Assembly (NCBI RefSeq): GCF_018350175.1
Contig: NC_058368.1
Span: forward strand, 223,946,001 to 224,010,000
DNA length: 64,000 bases
Source: Felis catus
Lineage: Eukaryota
Direction: 5' to 3'
Shown: positions 61,791 to 64,000 of the stretch, piece after piece
How positions within the stretch are numbered: the stretch's first letter is position 1
How the letters are laid out: each line of letters starts with the position of its first letter
Position numbers and translations under genes: made by a program
The notes under the pieces: model-generated
The model's database searches: none
What the model was told of the DNA's origin: nothing
What the model saw: the letters and a program-made list of their open reading frames with translations, nothing else

Positions 61791-64000
61791 AATAAAGTGG
61801 GGGGGAAAAAAAAGATAAATGTTCCAAAATGCCCATGGCTCACTAGACACTTGTGCCTGGTAGCCTATTATCTTATGATCATCTGAATATCTTTGTTCTC
61901 ACCAACTGAGTTGTTTGCTTACCCCAAATCGGTTGTGTTATTCTCACACTTGTTCATGTCAGTTGTCTTTTTTATTGTCATTATTTCATGTAATTTTTTA
62001 TAGCCTATTCCAGAGGAAAGGCTTTGACTCCATGTAAAATTGTTCCTGAATAAATGTACAATTATAACTCCAAAGCTTAAATGAAATGTTTAAAGTATCT
62101 ATATATTATTTTAACTTTCCACTTTATTTAACTTTTGGACTTAAATTGGTTTCACTGGTCTCCAATAAAAGGGCTTCTACTATGCAGTGTCACTGTTGGT
62201 CATTTTCCCTGATGGTTGCTCATTAATGATTTTTTCTTTTGGATCTTCAGAACTCTGTTGATTTCCAGTGTTCCATTTAATCAGTACAATTCTGAGGTAT
62301 GACTGTCATAATCAGTGTCAACTAATATCTTAGGAGTGACCAGCCTTCGCACGCCGACCTCCAGCTAGACAGCTAGGCACTGATAATGTGGGCCATACTG
62401 CAGATGCCTGGAATGGATATGGGAAGAAAAAACATTATAACGTCACCATTTTTACTAAGACCTGGTGTTCAAAGAGCAAAATACGTATGTTTAGGAAAAA
62501 TACATAAGGCTTCTTAGTGGAATGTGAAGAGGGAAGTTTTGGTTTCAACTTTAGTTAAGTACAGGAGGAGGAAAAATGAAAATAAAAAAGGAGGAGGGGA
62601 AAAAACAAAACAAAACAGAAAGCTGGAGGACGAAGAGGCATTTGAGCCAAGAAGAGTCAGGTCCAATTAAATTATGTAAGCTAACAGCTAACTTTATGTG
62701 TGTCAGCTCATCGCTTGAGGGCACCAAGTTCACTCAGATGTTCCTTCTTGCTCAGGCGAAGGCAGTGGCAAAAGGCATTTCCAGCGAGGTCCCAGCACGA
62801 CAATATTTGAATAGTTGAAGATCATTTATTGTCCAGAAAAAATTATTTCCCATTGGACTCCTAGAGAAGGTATTTTTAAATTAAAAATATGCACCTCAGG
62901 CTTATATCTTATGGTCATTAAAGTTTGGAAATAAAACTTTTCTGAAGTCTGATGAACGCGTACAACTTTGTCACATCATCTGTCCCCGAAATTAATGGTA
63001 GGATCCTCTCTTGAATGTCATCGAATTTATTCAAGTTTTACCGTTTCGGATATTAATTTTCAGAAGCCTTCGTCCTGATAACAAACCAAGCATGTAAAAT
63101 AAGCATGGTGTTGGAAACACAATGAAAAAGATCACATTGTTTGTGGAAGCAAATCAAATGATTCAAGTAGTAACATGATATGTCTTCAAGGAAATAGAAG
63201 ACTCGAAGAAATTATAAATGCAATGAGTTTATATTGTCAAAGTAAATATTAATGGCAATTGCACTCGGACGGGAGCAAAGTTTTCATTTAGAAGTATTAT
63301 AAATATAGGACGAATACAACTCTACTTATTTGTGGGCAGATAATCAGAAAAGGAATTTAAAGAAAGGAACGTAGGTTTTAAATATCTGTGTGAATTCTGA
63401 CGTGGTATTAGGGAAATAGAAAATGTTTAGATAGAATTCTATGATACTGGGTTTACACAGGGATCAGCATTTTGAAGCGCTTACAATCGCAATGTGATAG
63501 ATCCTTTGTTAGCAACTGAAATGGGAGAGAAACAGGAACAACAGTGACAAGAAAATCCCCGATATAAGAAAAAATTACACTTTTTTGAGCCCCCAAACTT
63601 TTGCGAAGAATGGGATACTTGGGACTCATGCTCATATATATGTGACTATTGCATTGTCAGTTTGCCTGTGGAGCCTGTAAAAGACCTATGGTTTTAACCG
63701 AGAAGATAAACATCCTTAGAGACATCACAGAGAAGGAGGAGAGTATGAATAATAGAAAAAAATAAAGAAAGTAAAGAAAATAGCAAAGATCCCTCTCACA
63801 GAAAAAGCGATAGCCAGAGCTTCAGGCTGTGATTCTGGAAATAACCAGAAAACAAAGCTCAGAGTGTTAGAAAGCTGTTTTAGCTAAAGATGAACCCATG
63901 ACTCAATTCAAAATGCTAGAAAACATATATCTCTTTTATCTCTAGTTCTAGGTCCATAAAGTCAATAGTCTTGGGTGTAACTTATGATTACAATTTCCCC

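Overview
AT-rich, repeat-dense mammalian nuclear DNA from a felid, judged by about 40 tRNA-derived Can-SINEs that include the young cat-type SINEC_Fc variant, plus a cat-type L1 3' end. I recognise no protein-coding gene. The ORFs in the track are SINE read-throughs, microsatellite translations, decayed L1 ORF2 or short unassignable ORFs. The window looks like a long intron or intergenic region. It also holds old L1M, L2 and MIR fragments, MaLR/ERVL/ERV1 solo LTRs and DNA-transposon MITEs (MER53 x2, MER5A, MER44-like, one Tigger-like MITE). Points worth a second look are: several perfect or near-perfect palindromes, two of them inside decayed repeats; AT-rich unique patches that retain many CpGs; a 32 kb stretch with almost all SINEs on one strand; a few well-formed candidate exons; and unusual nested or shared-target SINE insertions. 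I found no convincing novel multi-gene system. Repeat family names come from my recall of consensus sequences, not from a database search. Counts were done by hand and boundaries of old repeats are approximate.
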